Shown: one piece after another, positions 12,121 through 27,095 of the stretch
How the letters are laid out: every line of letters begins with the position of its first letter
How positions within the stretch are numbered: position 1 is the first letter of the stretch
NCBI GenBank assembly: GCA_030704615.1
Contig: CM060732.1
Span: 32,612,001-32,676,000, forward strand
Origin: Takakia lepidozioides
Lineage: Eukaryota; Plantae; Bryophyta
Reading direction: 5' to 3'
DNA length: 64,000 bases
Program-made: the position numbers and the translations under genes
The notes under the pieces: generated by a model
Told to the model about the DNA's origin: nothing
Databases searched by the model: none
The model's input: the letters and a program-made list of their open reading frames with translations, nothing else

Positions 12121-14195
12121 TCACTCAGCTGTCCAACTTTGCTCCACTATTTCTCGTACCCTCCGGTTGTATTCGCGGCGGTTCTCGCTATACATGCGAG
12201 CAGCTTCTGAGTTTGCTGGTGAGTTTGGATTCGGATCACAGAGCAATGACTGCAAGCAGGAGCTCTTGAACATCAATACACAGGTTCAAGACAGAACCTG
12301 GAGTTGATACATAACAAAAACACACATTCTGAATGGTAACCAGATGTACAAACTACCTCCAAGAGAAACCACAACAGTAGCATATGAGATGGGCCACCAG
12401 TTAACCAGGGTCACAAATGATGAAACATATCAAACACAATGAACCTGGCAAGTTACATAACCCCATATCTATGCGAAAATGGCTTCTTGGATGAAGACTA
12501 CCTGGATGGAAGTGAGAATGGCAGCCACATCATAAATTGGACTCCACTGATTTTGCAGAATGTCTAGGCAGATGCTCCCATCCGCATAAACTGGTCGCCG
12601 AAACAAAGGTATAGTGAGTGCCATAAAGGCTGTTCACTGCCCTAAAGGCTTGAGAACCTTCATTCAATTATAGATGGTTTCAAGCTGGGGTGCACACAAG
12701 AACTATGAGAGAGGCAAAGACACCCTATTTCTGAGGAAAGATCCAAGAAATCTCTTTTCTGTACCCAGCCTTGTCACAAACAAGCCAGCAGTTAAAAGTC
12801 ACAGACATACCTACAATTGTGCACCACTTGCACCAGTGACCTGCTGTTAAGCGACCAACAGACACTAACAGCCAAATTTCTGTGGTTCCAACATGTACCA
12901 AGACCTCCTGATTGCAAGGGTAAGACTAAGATAAGGTGTCAAGGATCTTGGGGTTACACGGAGAAAGCTTACATGATTGCAAACATAGAAAGAACTAGTC
13001 CATCAGGGAAGTAAACCAAACAGAAAAGTGACAAGTACTCACTGTTCGGATGGAACATCTTAGAAACGAAACGCACAGTCGGCGGCTTGTTGGGGTAGTC
13101 CTCAGTGAATTGCAAGGTCAGCTTGAATGTACCTGGATATAGAGAAGCACAATTGAGCAATCCAACACACTCTGAAAAAGGTCCTCATCAATTAGGATCC
13201 ATGAAGACTGACAAGCATCTCTGTACTGAGGGACATGACATAGTCCACATTTAATGTGATGTGAATCAACAGATGTTCACATATTCTGAGCAAAGAGCCA
13301 AAAATAGGTCTTTTATGAGACACATCAACACGTCCAGAACAATGAAGCAGACAAACTACTTCGTCCTGCCTACATAGTGCAGAAGAACTGGAAGTTCCAA
13401 AACACGTACCTCCATCCCATGGGGTATCATCGGGCCTGTAATAGAAAGATACAATCTGTGTCAGGCAGATTAGCGGTAAAGGTCACCCTAATCACCAGAT
13501 ATAACTCCCAAAACAAAGTCAAGGAGTAGCTGACCACAACTATGAAAATTTTCACTTGATTATCTCACAGCATACTCTTTGCATATGATGAGTAACAAAT
13601 CATCCTACTCCAACCGACTCCAAAGTACACGTTCAAGCCTTCAGCGCTTAGCACATACTCTCTCCACGGTCCAGAAAGCATCCATCTAGAACCTATCAGT
13701 GATGCATAACCCTCGCATGATCAAAACCATCTGCTCAACTGGACTCTCCACACAAACCTCATGGTCTGAAACTTGACCAAGAGCTCGAAAGAGACAAGCA
13801 CAAAAACATCTACTCTTAGTCTAGGGGATAACCTTCTCAACTAAGAATCATAGCATACCAGTAAAGCTCAAACATCAGCATCAGATTCCATCAACGGCCA
13901 TCGCACAGAACAAGTTTACACGGCGTGGAAGTGTCAATTTCCTTCCATACTTGCGTCATGACCGAACAGCAAACCTGAACTAAGAACAAAATCAAACGCC
14001 TTAACTGAAAAACGTTTTCCATGGCTTCTAATTTGACACAGCCGAACCATGCACCGACAGTGGTCCTTACCCGAAGATGACAGCGTTCCACAGCATGATG
14101 TTGTTGTCCTGAGGCGCGCCACTGATGCCTGCGGGAGGATCATGTTGCAAGCGCTTAAAGTCTCGCATCAACCTCTTCCGTGATGGGGTCGACAT
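12121..14195 (-). CDS. UBC2: Ubiquitin-conjugating enzyme E2, RAD6/UBC1-2 family, 152 aa; exons 14195-14071, 13435-13410, 13132-13043, 12590-12502, 12249-12121
   Basis: [57 protein letters not shown], ending WTAE*. GT-AG introns; exons sum to 459 nt. Confidence 0.97.
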
Positions 14196-14711
14196 GGCTC
14201 CTCCCCCTTCCGCCTGGGAGGCAACCGCTCTTCCTCTGCCCGCGCTATCTTCTCTTCTCCAGCCCCCTCTCCTCCGCTTCCTAGATCCCCATAAAAACTA
14301 GCACCAGCTCTTCAACCCTCTCGCACACGATGCCGATGGCTGGCTATGGCGCAACCGGGCCTGAAACCCTGACAATGAGACCGCACGCTTCTGGCACGCC
14401 AGTGTCTCATTCCATCTCTACGCCTGCATCTCCGCCCTCCATTCGGATCCATCCACGGTCCTTCTTCTCTCACCGTGTAGGCCGCGTCTCGCTGCCCCGC
14501 GGCAGCCGCGCAGCCCCCGCGCGGTAGCCGGCCCACACTAATCCTTTCATCCTGGTTGACTTCTCTGTTTTAGTCAAGGTCTGGAGAGATTTATTTTTAT
14601 ATTTTTATATATTTTTTTTAACCCTTAAGTTCCCAAGCGACCTGAATCGGGTCACTTTGAATTTGCAGTTTGACCTAATTCTTGGAGATCTAATCTGATG
14701 GGGCCACAGCT

Positions 14712-15006
14712 TTAACCCCTAATGGACGAGGCGTCGCCGGAAAATTTCGATTGGATGAAAATCATCGAGATGAATTCGGATGAATTCGAGCTCTGAATGA
14801 AAAATGTAGGAAATTAAATTCTACGCCCTAAGTGTTGTTGGCACCCCAAAAAATCCTAAAGGACAGCCGGCAGGATTTTTTGGAAAGCATGGGGATACCC
14901 AAAAATCAGTGATTTTGGGCCTCGAGCATGGTTGACATGCCCCGTGGCCGGCTGGATGGGGTGGGGTTCATGCGTTCGGCGGCGACGAGTGCCACCGGGG
15001 GCTGCA
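14712..15006 (+). mobile_element. piggyBac left terminus (TTAA + TIR cccctaatggacgaggc)
   Basis: TTAA at 14712-14715 is followed by CCCC. The same terminal sequence recurs after TTAA at 52109. piggyBac transposase halves lie between them. Confidence 0.75.
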
Positions 15007-18000
15007 TGTCGCGCACCTCACTTCGGTAAGCTCCCCTTCAGGTCATAGTTGTTAGCTTGATGCGCGTGCCTAACTCCCAACCTGGCCACCGGACCAACTT
15101 GGAGCTTCGGCTGCTCACCGGGGCATAACGGTCCCCCTTTGAACTCCCAAAGAACCCTCCACCGATTCGGGAATTTCCTTTGGTAGTTGGCAGTCCGGAA
15201 CATCTCCCCATTCTTTGGTCGCTTTCCGGCTCGCTCGCTTACTCACTAGTTTTTGGTCACCAACGGGCTTGCACCGTTCTCGGGGTTACTACTCCCTATA
15301 TATACTTCTGTAGCTGTCCGCGGGGGTTTTCACAACCAGCCATGCCATTTTATGGCGAACCACCACGAAAACCCTCGACTCCGGTGATGGAGTCGCGGTG
15401 AGTCTTGGCCCATTCACCACGGCCCCTATGGACCGTGATGAGTCCCAAGACTCCCACGACTCCCACCACGAGGTCTCCGCCCCCATGGTGAGTCCTATGC
15501 CACCCCCACTAAGTCCCGCTAAGCTACCACCACCCCTTGTGGAGCCACCCCCACCGCAACCCGGTGTGCGGGGCTCCACCTAGTGAGCGCCTCCGCCTCC
15601 TTGAGTGCCTTGGGCACTCAAGGGTGCTTCAGCCCCCCATACCTATCGCTGCCGCTGCCCCCACCACAGGGGCAGCCCCTCATGTGTCCCGACACCCTGC
15701 CTCAAGGCAAAGGGCCGCGACACACACCCCTACAAACAGGGAGTCGATGTCCTCATCGACTTGTCCATTCTTTAATAGAAACGAACATCCAAGTTGTGGC
15801 GTCCCACATCAAGGAGTTTGTTTCCGTACCTGGGCGTTCCCATGGCAAAAGAACCAAACCCCACACTTGACTTCTTACTCTCCACTCGCTAGTTCGGCCG
15901 ACTTCCTCCAAGTCCCTGGCCAGGGGTGGAGCCTCTCAAGCTCCTCCCAGTGCACTCTTCTTGGCCTTCTTCAAGGTCAAGGAACGATCTCCTCCCGAGG
16001 ATCGATCGCCTTACTGCAACAACATTGCTTGGATCGCTCCTTATTGCCGCTTTTGGCATCACTTTGCGCAAGGATTACTCGACCCCCCTTTGACTAGGAA
16101 GATAACCTTGAACCAACCGTGCGCCCCCCCAATCACTACAATTGGGTCCGTCTTGGAATGCTGGCCTAAGGTACGGGAACACGTCGAAGCCGCACTACGA
16201 CTTCGTCCCGAGGCTACACGATTATAGTACGTGAACGGAAGAACATAGCTTCCGCGTTAGCCCGCACTACAAGGCAACCACCCTCGGTTGTTTTGGTAGC
16301 GCAGTTATAGTACGCGCACGCGTTCAGAGTGCGCACTAGCACATGAACTCCCAAAGAAGGCGCATATTTCCTTGGCCCCTTGGATGGGAGTCACCCGATT
16401 TTCGGCGGCACTGCGCAAACAACCACGATTAAACCAAAGTTACCCTCCACTTTTGTAGCTAGCATGCATTCTACTTAACTAGCCAACCACCCACCATGCA
16501 TCACCATTTTTCCACAACAAAATAGGAAACACAAACATTTGGAACCCATTTCCTTTATAACAAAATTTTGTACAATCAAGTTTTTGCAATTCGGATTCCC
16601 TGAGCTAGACTAAGCCGGCTAAAGCATGCATTTCCTCCCCACGCTCAAGGTTGATGTCCCCATCACCGATTCTTCCGCTTTTGAGGTCGTCCTTCGAAAA
16701 CTGCAAACCGCCTCGGATGCGTTTCTCATTTCTGAGGCACCGCACCCAAGATGCCTCCACATGATGGATAGCCCTTCCATTTGACGAGATTAACTCCGTT
16801 TCTCCGTTCTTGAACCTCCTCGACTTAAGTAATTGCCTCCACCTCGTACTCAAGTTCATTTTCATGATCCAACAGCATAGGGTGGGGCGACGCAACACTT
16901 GATGCCGATTCGACGCGCTTCATCTTTGAATAAGCTTCAAAAGGGAGACGTGAAATACTGGATGCACCTTGCTGTTTGCCGGCAGCTCCAATTCATATAC
17001 ATTCCTTATTCATAAACCTTCCGGATGCGAAAGGGTCCCAGCATACGGAGGGTACGAATTTTGGACTCACTTCCAGAGGTAGTCGGAAATTCTTGAATGT
17101 TAAAACCCCCAGACCTCCGTGCCTGCCTCAAAACTTCAATCTGTTTGCCGGCAGCTCCAATTCATATACATTCCTTATTCATAAACCTTCCGGATGCGAA
17201 AGGGTCCCAGCATACGGAGGGTACGAATTTTGGACTCACTTCCAGAGGTAGTCGGAAATTCTTGAATGTTAAAACCCCCAGACCTCCGTGCCTGCCTCAA
17301 AACTTCAATACCAATACAAAAGGGGGGAAACTCCCGTTGCGGAGTGTTCTGTGTTATTATAACAAAACTCTACCGCGTCTAAGTGTTCCACCCAGTCTGA
17401 TTGGTCTGCCGACACGTAATTCCGCAAGATCTGCTTCACTACGGAATTCACTCTTTCCGTTGGCCGTCAGTCGTAGGTCGGAAGGTGGTGCTCATCTTCA
17501 GCCTCGTCCCCATCTTCTTCCAAGTGTCCTCCAAAATTACTCGTAAACTTTGGGATCGCGATCGAGACAATATCCTTCGGGACTCCGTGATGTTTTAAGA
17601 CGGGGGCGAAGTAAAGTCGCGCCTGTCTCTTGCGCCGTTGCCGTCTCCTTGGTGGGGAATGAAATGGCCATTTTACTGAACTATATCACCACCACCATGA
17701 TTGCATCGAATCCTTTTGACAGCGGCATAGCAGTCATGAAATCCATCGAGACACTTTCCAAGTCCCCTCTGGAATCGGCAAGGGTTGTAACAGCCCCGCT
17801 TGCTTTTTGTACTCGCTCCGGTTTGTTGGCATGTTGTGCATGTCTTGACATACTCCTCTGCCTCTCCCTCAGTTTGGGCCATAAATATTCTTTCTCAATT
17901 CGAGTGTCGCAGTGCGCTTGGCTCCGCCGTGGCCCGCAAGGGGGCTATCATGGCATTCTCTCAAGAGACTATCTCTGATCCCTCCTTCGGCACGTAGAGA

Positions 18001-19390
18001 CGCTTTTGCTTATACCGGAGCAGTCCATTTTCAAGTGGAATTGCGATTTAACCCCCCTCCTCAAGTCCTGCATCACGGACTTCGTAAGCTCATCCTTCTG
18101 GCAAAACTTCCGGATCTTCCTTTGGAACGCCGTCTCGCCCCTATACACCAACAGGAGCTGCTGCTTTCTACTTAAAGCATCGGCCACCACATTGTACGTC
18201 CCGGTTTGTATTGGATATCCACGTCAAACACCGCCAAAGTATCTTGCACCTAAGTTGTTTTGGGGACAAACTTGGGCTGCGTGGCAAAATACTTCACCGT
18301 ACATTGTCCGTGAACACCTTCACTGGGTTGGAATCAACATAGTGGCGCCAAGCTCAAGACAGTGACACCCGCCTTCATCTCTTTCTCGTGCGTCGGCCAC
18401 CGTCGCTCCACTTCGTTCAGTTCTTACTTTCATAAGCCACTGGACGTCCATCTTGCATCAGTACACCCCCAATCGCAAAGTCCGACGCATCTGTATGAAT
18501 CTCGAACGGCCGATCGAACTCCGGGATTTTCAAGACTGGAGCTTCCACCATCCGCTGCTTCAATTCAGCAAAAGTTTGCCACACAAGGTGTTCCATACCC
18601 AGACTTTGGATTTACACAGAAGGTATCACAACGGGACCGCGCGATCTTGGCGAAATTTCTCACATACTTCAAGTAATAGGAGGCGAATCCTAGGAAGGAT
18701 CGCACTCCCGGGACCGAAGTCGGAGGCTCCCAGTCCAAGATCGCCCTCAGTTTCTGTCATCCATTTGATCCCATCCTGTGTAATCACATGCCCCAGGAAC
18801 TCCACTTTTGTGACCCCGAATTCGCAATTTGAAGCTTTGGCATACAGCTTCCTTCCCGCAATTTCTGGAACACCCTTTTGAGGTGCTCAGGTGCTCCTCC
18901 TTTGTTTTCGAATACACCACGATGTCGTCGATGTACACAATCACAAAGTCATCCAACCACTCCTGGAAAAGGCTGTTCACAGCGTGCTAAAGGTCGCGGG
19001 TGCATTGGTGAGCCCAAAAGGCATCACCAAGAACTCATATGAACCATACCTTGTCCTGCACGCGGTCTTCTCCTCATCTCTTTCCGCCACTCGAATTTGA
19101 TGATAGCCGGAGCGCAGATCGATCCGGCTGAAATACTTCGCTTCTGCCAACCGATCGAAAAAGGTCGTCGATCCTTGGCCAAAGGCAAAGGATACCGGTT
19201 TTTGATAGTCACCTAATTCAAAGCCCTGTAATCGACACACATCCGCAGCGTCTCATCCTTCTTGTCTGTGCGAATAGCACTGGGGCTCCGTAAGGTGACT
19301 TACTCGGCCGGATGTACCCCTTTGACATTAGATTTGAGCTGAGTCTTCAGCTCGACCAACTCTCTGTGGCTCAACCGGTAGGGCGCCTGG
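15007..19390 (-). mobile_element. Ty3/Gypsy chromovirus, 5'-truncated: RT-RH-INT-chromodomain, PPT and 3' LTR (~15007-16630)
   Basis: [52 protein letters not shown], chromodomain-like EVEAI...KWKGY...SW at ~16730-16860. Purine tract ggggaggaaa precedes the LTR, which ends ...gcgaca. Many frameshifts. Confidence 0.88.
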
Positions 19391-22300
19391 GTGAGATATG
19401 GGGGCGACAAACAGTCTAGCGAGTGGGGGGCGTGTAGGTTGGGAGCGGTACTGAGGTAGAAGCTCCAAGGATGATGGGGCGAAGTCGCACAGTTTATGAG
19501 GCAATTATTTTGAAAGGCGGTTGTGGGGGTAGCAAAAAAATGATTGTAGGTGACCTAAGGATATGTTGGAACGCGTTAATGGTCTAGGGTATTTTAGGCA
19601 AAAAGCGTGTGGGTTGATAAGCTGGTTCCAGTTGCATCTGTTAATTGCAAATTGTAGATTATATGTATTGCATAAAGAATTTTAGGGTGGTTGTTTGTTT
19701 GGGGTCTATTATTTGGGTCAAAAAGATGCATTGTTGTGGACTTGTATCCCATGCTTTTTCTAGGGGGTGAAAGTATGGAGTTGAATTAGGTAGCGATGTG
19801 TTAATAGTAATATGCATGTGTTGAGAGTTGTTCATTTTTTTTCTTTTTCTTGTACAAGGTTCTAAGGAGCGGCAAGTGGTACAGGCAATGGGTGGGTTTA
19901 TCGCAGGTAAGTGATCTAGACCCCCAAATTTAGAAGGCAATATGTGAAGAAGTCTTGATTAAATGCTTCAAGCGTGCCGCGCCGGGCATTTAAAGCTTCT
20001 TGTAGTTGTTGGGTGCCAGTGTTCTAGCACTATGTTTCAGCTAGGGTTGTAGTTCCAAGGCCATATAGGTTTTGAGGTCGTGTGTACCAGTGCGCTAGAG
20101 GCGCGGTTGGAAGACCGCACACTTTTTTGATAATCGTATAATGTGCATGTTAATGCATTGGATGGGGTTGCATGGAACGAGTATTCTATTAGATGGACTG
20201 ATTCGGGTTAGTTATGATAAACAATTTTTTGCATGCGATTTATTGAATGATGGTTGGTTTTGTGAATTTAGCAAGGGTGTAGCCTATGATATAAAATTGT
20301 TTCTTTTGTTGTAGATGTTTTCTGCTGTGATCCCAAATTAGCGATGGCGTCATTTGTATATCAAGATACGCGCGTGTATGGGTTGTCATGGTCTAGATAT
20401 GGAAATGGGTGGTTATATATAGAGCACAGTGGTATGTAGTATTCTGAGATAGTCGATGTACCATCTTGTTAGTATGGTGTGCAATTTCCGTTATTGCGCA
20501 TTTATGTATGCTTAGTTCCATTGCCGCCCCCATAGTATGATGATCTCATTCTCCATTTTTCTATTTGCCGGTAAGATGTGTGGCTTTATTAAAGAGTAAA
20601 ACGAGGTCGTTGCATAAGCAGTTGTTGGGACATTATGGCGAGGTAATGTATTGGTATCGAGGTTGCCTCGGGCCAACCATCTGAGAAGAGAGGCTCCACA
20701 AAAAACAAAAAAGGTATGGGCTGAGTGTGTCACCTTGTTGTATAATGCCTCTGTTGATTGGTATAGGTGATGTATCTCAAATGAGGGACCCGATTTAGTA
20801 AATGGTGCTCTGTGTATATATTACAACAGACATCACTGCAACTGTCGGGTATCCGAGATCGAACATTGACAGAGAGCATGCGAGCATGGTCAATGGAGCC
20901 AAATGCATTTTTAAATCAATGTATAATAAGTATATATCTTGATGTGTAATATCGTGCATCCTCAAGGGCAGAGATAATGAGTTGGATTTGTCTAGTTGTA
21001 CTTCTTGCAGTTCTAAATCCCTCTTGTGCATACTAAGGATATGGTGTTGTTCTCCATAGGACGTGAGGAGGTTGGTTAGGGTACTGGTGAATATATTCTA
21101 TATAGGTATAGTATAGGCTATGGGTCTACAGTGTACCAAGTGAGTGGGATCATCTTTTTTTTATAAATCAGTATTGTTCTGCTATTTTCCCAAGGTTTGG
21201 GTATTCGATGTAGCTGATAGCATAGTAGAAAGAATCAGAAGATTAATCGAACTCTAAATGTGGTCTAATGCTTTGAGAATTCATTAGGTATATTATCTGG
21301 TCCAAGTGCTTTAGAGTTGGATAGCAATCTAAGACATGTGTGATAGATTTTGGGGGTTGGTGAGGGATGCAAAAGAAATCCGCGGATGTACACTTGAATT
21401 GCAAGAACAAGGACGACATTTCCTTGAGAATCGGACATGTATCCACAGATGATGGAATAGATTATGAATTCTTGCTTGCCTGACAAGGATCTTTTTTGTA
21501 AACACGATGATGAGAAGCACTAAGGTCTATGTTTAGAGGGCCTCTTCGTTCTAATTTGAATCCCATAAATGTCATGCCATGGATTATGACGAGATGCTTG
21601 GCATAGACTGGATCATGATTGTTTTATGTGACGTGGAGGGCTAGAAGCATGCATGGGTTTTGTGGTGTGGTACATGGAGTCTGAGGCCTGTTGGTAAAAA
21701 TGGTTTTATTTATTGAGTTTGAGGAAGTGTGTGTAGGCTTCAGCGGTGTCCCGGATCGCTTGTAAAGGGAGAGAGGGGGAAGAGTTGAAGATTTATGAAT
21801 GACACGAGGCTTGTCTTGCAACATTTTACAATAGGATTGGATAAATTTATTCTGATTATGTCGAGCTTGCCTCTTTGGTAATATTATAAGCAGTTTTTTT
21901 GGCATCTCGGCCAATTTTGGAGATTGATTTAATCCATGTTTGAATGTCATCATCATCCTGGGGTACCGGGAAGCTGTGTAACATGCAGGGATTGTACGGA
22001 GGGTTGTGATATGTGGGGCATTTCTCCATTGGGGTCTCGAGTGGTTGGAGAGAGAGTAATAGCTTTTCAGACTGTGTGATGTGTGTTTAGTCTTTTTTGC
22101 CACTGTCTTTGCTGCGTTCTAGTTAGGTATCCTCCATTTATTTTGGATCTTCCAGTTGGGGAGAGGTGTGAGCCACTATACACGTGTTTAACTTGCATTC
22201 TGTGATTTGAGTAAAACTTTGTTGCAGTTTAGAGGTTGTCTTGTCCCAGATCTGAGAGGTGGGGTTCAACGAGCATCAGTCTAGTATAGTTTGTAGTTCC

Positions 22301-24200
22301 AAGATGGTTGTGGAGGATATGGATCTAAATTTAGCTTGGAAAGCCAGGATGGACAAGGGCGAGATAGGAGTAAGTATTCGAGGTCTTGTATCCAAGGAGA
22401 GGTCGTTCAAGATTGGACCTATTGGTATAATATGTGATGGAATGCGGATGAGAACTGGGTAGTGGTCAGAGTTATATATGGGGTCATATAGTATTGTGCT
22501 GTGTATTGTGTGAGGTTGTCGTTAGGTGTTTTGAGATAGTAGCCATCAATGAGACTATGTGAGGTATAGTCCAGTCCTCCTTGCCTCGAGAAAGGTTGGT
22601 TTGAGGGGATGTACTGGAATCCAAGATTTTGGGTATAGCATGTCTACTCTATATCTTTTAACGATGGAGGGGAATGTACTCCGTTATACAGTCTTCCACG
22701 TAGGGTTAGGTCTCTGTTGAAGTCTCCCGCAAGAAAGATTACAGAGGAGGAGTTAATTGGGTTATTGGAGAAATCTGCAATTTGTTGTAGTATGTCTTGG
22801 GTAAGTGGTGCATCATCTGGATGTGAGGGCATATATAGATGGATAATACTGAATTTTGGATAGGGACCGATGTGTATTTGCACTATTTGTAGGTGGGTTT
22901 CTGAGGTGAGTTGGGATACTAATCTTGGAGGTTGTATCTTGCGAGTGCATGGATTTGTGTATTCCAATTGCTACTCCTCCCCGAGCTGGTTGATACGGTA
23001 GGGCGCGTCGTCTGGTGTATTTTCTGGTGAGGGGGGCTACCGTATATTAGATGATATTTATGTAATATCTTATTTATGTACGTATTAGACGTATGCGATT
23101 GGAGTTTGTTTCTTGCAGTAGTATAATGTGTGGGGGATTCGGCTCTTGGAGTATAAGTGATAGGGTGGGGACACTAGAGGCGATGGAGCTGACGTTCCAT
23201 GTAAGACATATTAGGGGCTGATCTAGTAGGTAGTCTTGATCATCAGGAGGAGGGTTGGTTGGAGGCAGGGGTATAGCTAGTGGTGAGACAAAAACCGAGG
23301 GTAGTGTGGCAGAGAGGAGGGTGTTTAGTGTGGCAGAGAGGATCTCCGGTGATATGAAAGGAAACTTCATGGTGATATGTTGTAGGGTATGGCAAGATGT
23401 GGGTGGGAGAGATAACAGATACGTTGTGAGTACTTGTGAATTTGGCCAGGTGGAGCTTGGAGGAGATTCAGATAGTTGTGGAGGCAGTTGAGGGGGTGTG
23501 GTGGGGCTTTATTGCGATGATGTGTTCAGGGAGTGTTTGGAGTTTTGATAGTGTGGATAGTATGCGTTGTCTCCAGTTTTCAGAGAGGTAGGATGTCACA
23601 TTTTTTCGATTTTGGTGATATACATATTATATATGTAAAAAGTATATGGTCATTAGGGTAGCATCTGAGTTTGTAACTATTATGAGCGAGAAGTGGGTGC
23701 TCGGATATGGTTATACCATATGGAGGTGCATTTGGATTGTCCTGGGTCAAGAAGATGATTGTGGTTTAGGTAGGAACAGGGCAAAGACATCAAGAAGGTG
23801 TTTATACTATAATTTTAACGTAATTGTGGAGGGGTAAGAGTATATTCCATATCTTGTTTGGCGTTGGATATGCGTTTAACAATGTTTTCAATGGGTCTGG
23901 TATATGACCAACATTTATGATTGGGTTAGTAGCTAGTGTGTGTTATGCAACAGTGTCGGTTTGCAGGGCCTGGGTTGGGGTGGATATCTCACATCGTGAT
24001 GAGTAGTATGGTAGTTGCGTAGTTGTATAGTTGTGCATCCATTTTTGTTAATTTTTGTTTAGCTTGTTTGGAGATGGGAGGATCAGTATTTGTTCTACCT
24101 TTTGGGATAGTTGGGAGGTTTTGTTGTTCGTTGAGAATAGTGGCTGGGAGGAAAGTGTTGGGTTGTTTTTATGCTGCTGAGAGCGATATTTTTGCAACGA
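19390..24200 (-). mobile_element. Partial copy of the Dualen-like LINE (APE and RT regions)
   Basis: CLTWNVSS, LLQET, FLAGDFN, GPDNIPNE. Truncated just before the chromodomain and heavily frameshifted. Confidence 0.9.
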
Positions 24201-24859
24201 CGCAATGGCGTGAGCGTACGCTCACGCAGGAGTGACGTGGAGTGAGCATGATGTCAGTAGGCTGATATGGCAACAAATGCTTGATGTGGCACTACGCCGT
24301 CATCTCCCACGTCAGAATGAACATGCGCCGCCTATAACCGAGGATGGTCCTATAACCGTGGGATTAATGTAGGGAATCCTTGGCTGAATACAATGAAGAC
24401 TACCATGGGGCCTACAATTGTAGCATCCAACATTGTGCAATTACAAATGTTTGTTTCACTTTTACAATTACAAGGACGAGAGAAAATATCATCACAAAGT
24501 ATGCGCCATAGAGGTTGCCACGGGAAGACCTTGCTCCCTCCCAATAACAATGAGAGTTAGGATCATCTTCAAAAGATGATTGCAGTGCATAGCGACAGGA
24601 AAAACATATAGACTTCGAAAGGTGCAATGATGCATGTGCTTTTAGAAGTTGCCACTCAGAGCTCACTCAGTATAGTTGGAAGTATAATGGAGGGATAAGG
24701 GACGCCATATCATTGCACCGCCGACGATGTTGCAAACGAATTGATTTGAATTGAATTCCATGACAATGTTGCAAATTGCACATTTCATAACATGGTCGTC
24801 CACATACCACATTGCATAGCAGATGCTACCTATGTGTTGTATCCGCTGCAATAGAGTAT

Positions 24860-25940
24860 CAACCTCGTTGAACTCAGAGTGGCCTAGTGAACGAAGTTGT
24901 CACGTTTGGAATCGCAAACCATCATCTTCAAAAATATGAAATACAAATGTTTGCAGGGTATGAATTTACCTCTCTTGCCCAAACTGGTTGATAGCATTTT
25001 CACAAAATCAGGACAGTGCAATTGGGGGGAAATTGGAAACCGTGATGTCGTAGGCCCTGTCATGAACAGCAGATGTCAAAGTGATCATTGTGTACACCCG
25101 ATCATCATATACTTGTGAGGGCATTTCCGTGGTGCTTGCAACACGAGCTTGGAGCATTCTTACGGACTCCACTTTGCCGAAGTGTTCAGCGGTTGGAGGG
25201 AAACGCCGAACCAGCTTTCCATCTCGTTTGGTTGGCCACAAGTGAGGATTTGCCGAAGGGACCCGAAATGATGCAGAAGTAGAAGCACATGCATGCAGTT
25301 GGGGTTGTCTCGTAAGGGAAAAGTCGGCCTTCTCCAGCATTGCCAATCTCCTGACTCGTGAGATGTGTTCCCACCTTGACGGGCCAACGGTTGGAGAAGC
25401 TGGCTTCATCCCATGAATGAAATGACGCACAGTTCCATGCACACATTTACTACAATCGTCTGCAGCAGAACCAGAACTTGTGGTTTTTGGCTTTGGTTGG
25501 CCGTATGGACACATCACACCCGTGAGTCGGAATGAAGTCGGAGTAAGAGTCCGGGCACCACCTCTGGATATAGATGAAGTGCACTTTTCGAAATTAGTTG
25601 CCCTGATCGCTGTACATTTCACACGAGACCCTACACTTGTGCGTTCTATGTACCAAACGTGGTCGGGGCATGTGGACTCCAGCACATCAAGGGGGTAGTT
25701 TCTCTCTTGCATCATTTCAGTAGCACTATTTGATGCTGGAGCCTGCCTTCGTGTCCGAGGTTCCCGACATCGATCTGTCATGCAGGGGAACACGCGGCTT
25801 CGAGAAGTTATCACGGTCTGCCATGTTCGAATCGGAATCCGAGCCAGGTGGGATGTTCAATTTCCTCTTACAGGAGCCGAATCTCTCCTCCCTTTCAAGA
25901 TGTGGAATTCTAGAAACAAGTGTCGTTCCCTGGACATACA
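24860..25940 (-). pseudogene. SWIM zinc-finger ORF copy (TE-associated)
   Basis: Reverse complement of 42600-43690. Confidence 0.8.
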
Positions 25941-25964
25941 ACAAAAACAAAAAAAAACAAAAAA

Positions 25965-27063
25965 AACTGAAGTGATGATCGGCGGCACCGACAGAAGTGA
26001 TGGTCGGCACCGACCATCGCATCCACCCCAATGCCAAATGTCAAAAACCACCTTAAATTTATTTAAAAATAATAATAATCGGAAAGTGATGATCGGTGGC
26101 ACCGATAGAAGTGATTGTCGGCACCGACCATCACATCCACCCAAATGCCGAATGTCAAAAGCCAAAAGAAAAAAAAAAACAAAGTGATGATCGACGATAT
26201 TGACAGAAGTGATGGTCTGCACCGACCATCGCATCCGCCCTAATGCCGAATGTCAAAAGCCAAAAAGAAAGATCGGCGACACTGACAGAAGTGATGGTCG
26301 GCACCGACCATCACATCCACCCAAATGCCGAATGTAAAAAAGAAAAAACAAAATAAACGGAAGTGATGATCGGCGGCACCGACAGAAGTGATGGTCGGCA
26401 CCGACCATCGCATCCACCCAATGTCAAATGTCAAAAGCCACCTTAAATTTATTTAAAAATAAAATAAAATCGGAAAGTGATGATCGGTGACACCGATAGA
26501 AGTGATTGTCGGCACCGACCATCACATCCACCCAAATGCCGACTGTCAAAAGCAAAAAAATAAAAAAATAAAAAAATAAAAAAATGATGATCGGCGATAT
26601 TGGTAGAAGTGATGGTCTGCACCGACCATCGCATCCGCCCTAATGCCGAATGTCAAAAACCAAAAAGAAAGATCGGCGGCACTGACAGAAGTGATGGTCG
26701 GCACCGACCATCACATCCACCCAAATGTCGAATGTCAAAAGCCGAAGAAAAAAAAAAAAAAAAAAAAAAACGTAGAGTGGTGATCGGTAACTGAAGTGAT
26801 GGTCGGCACCGATTATCACATCCACCCAAACCCAAATGCCGAATGTAAAAAATAAAACAAAATAAACGGAAGTGATGATCGGCGGCACCGACAGAAGTGA
26901 TGGTCGGCACCGACCATCGCATCCACCCCAATGCCAAATGTCAAAAGCCACCTTAATTTTTTTTTTAAATAAAATAAAATCGGAAAGTGATGATCGGTGG
27001 CACCGATAGAAGTGATTGTCGGCACCGACCATCACATCCACCCAAATGCCGAATGTCAAAAGC

Positions 27064-27095
<32 letters not shown>

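Noticed and set aside
15289-16227. Pro-rich ORFs
   Set aside because: They lie inside the GC-rich chromovirus LTR and show no recognisable domain.
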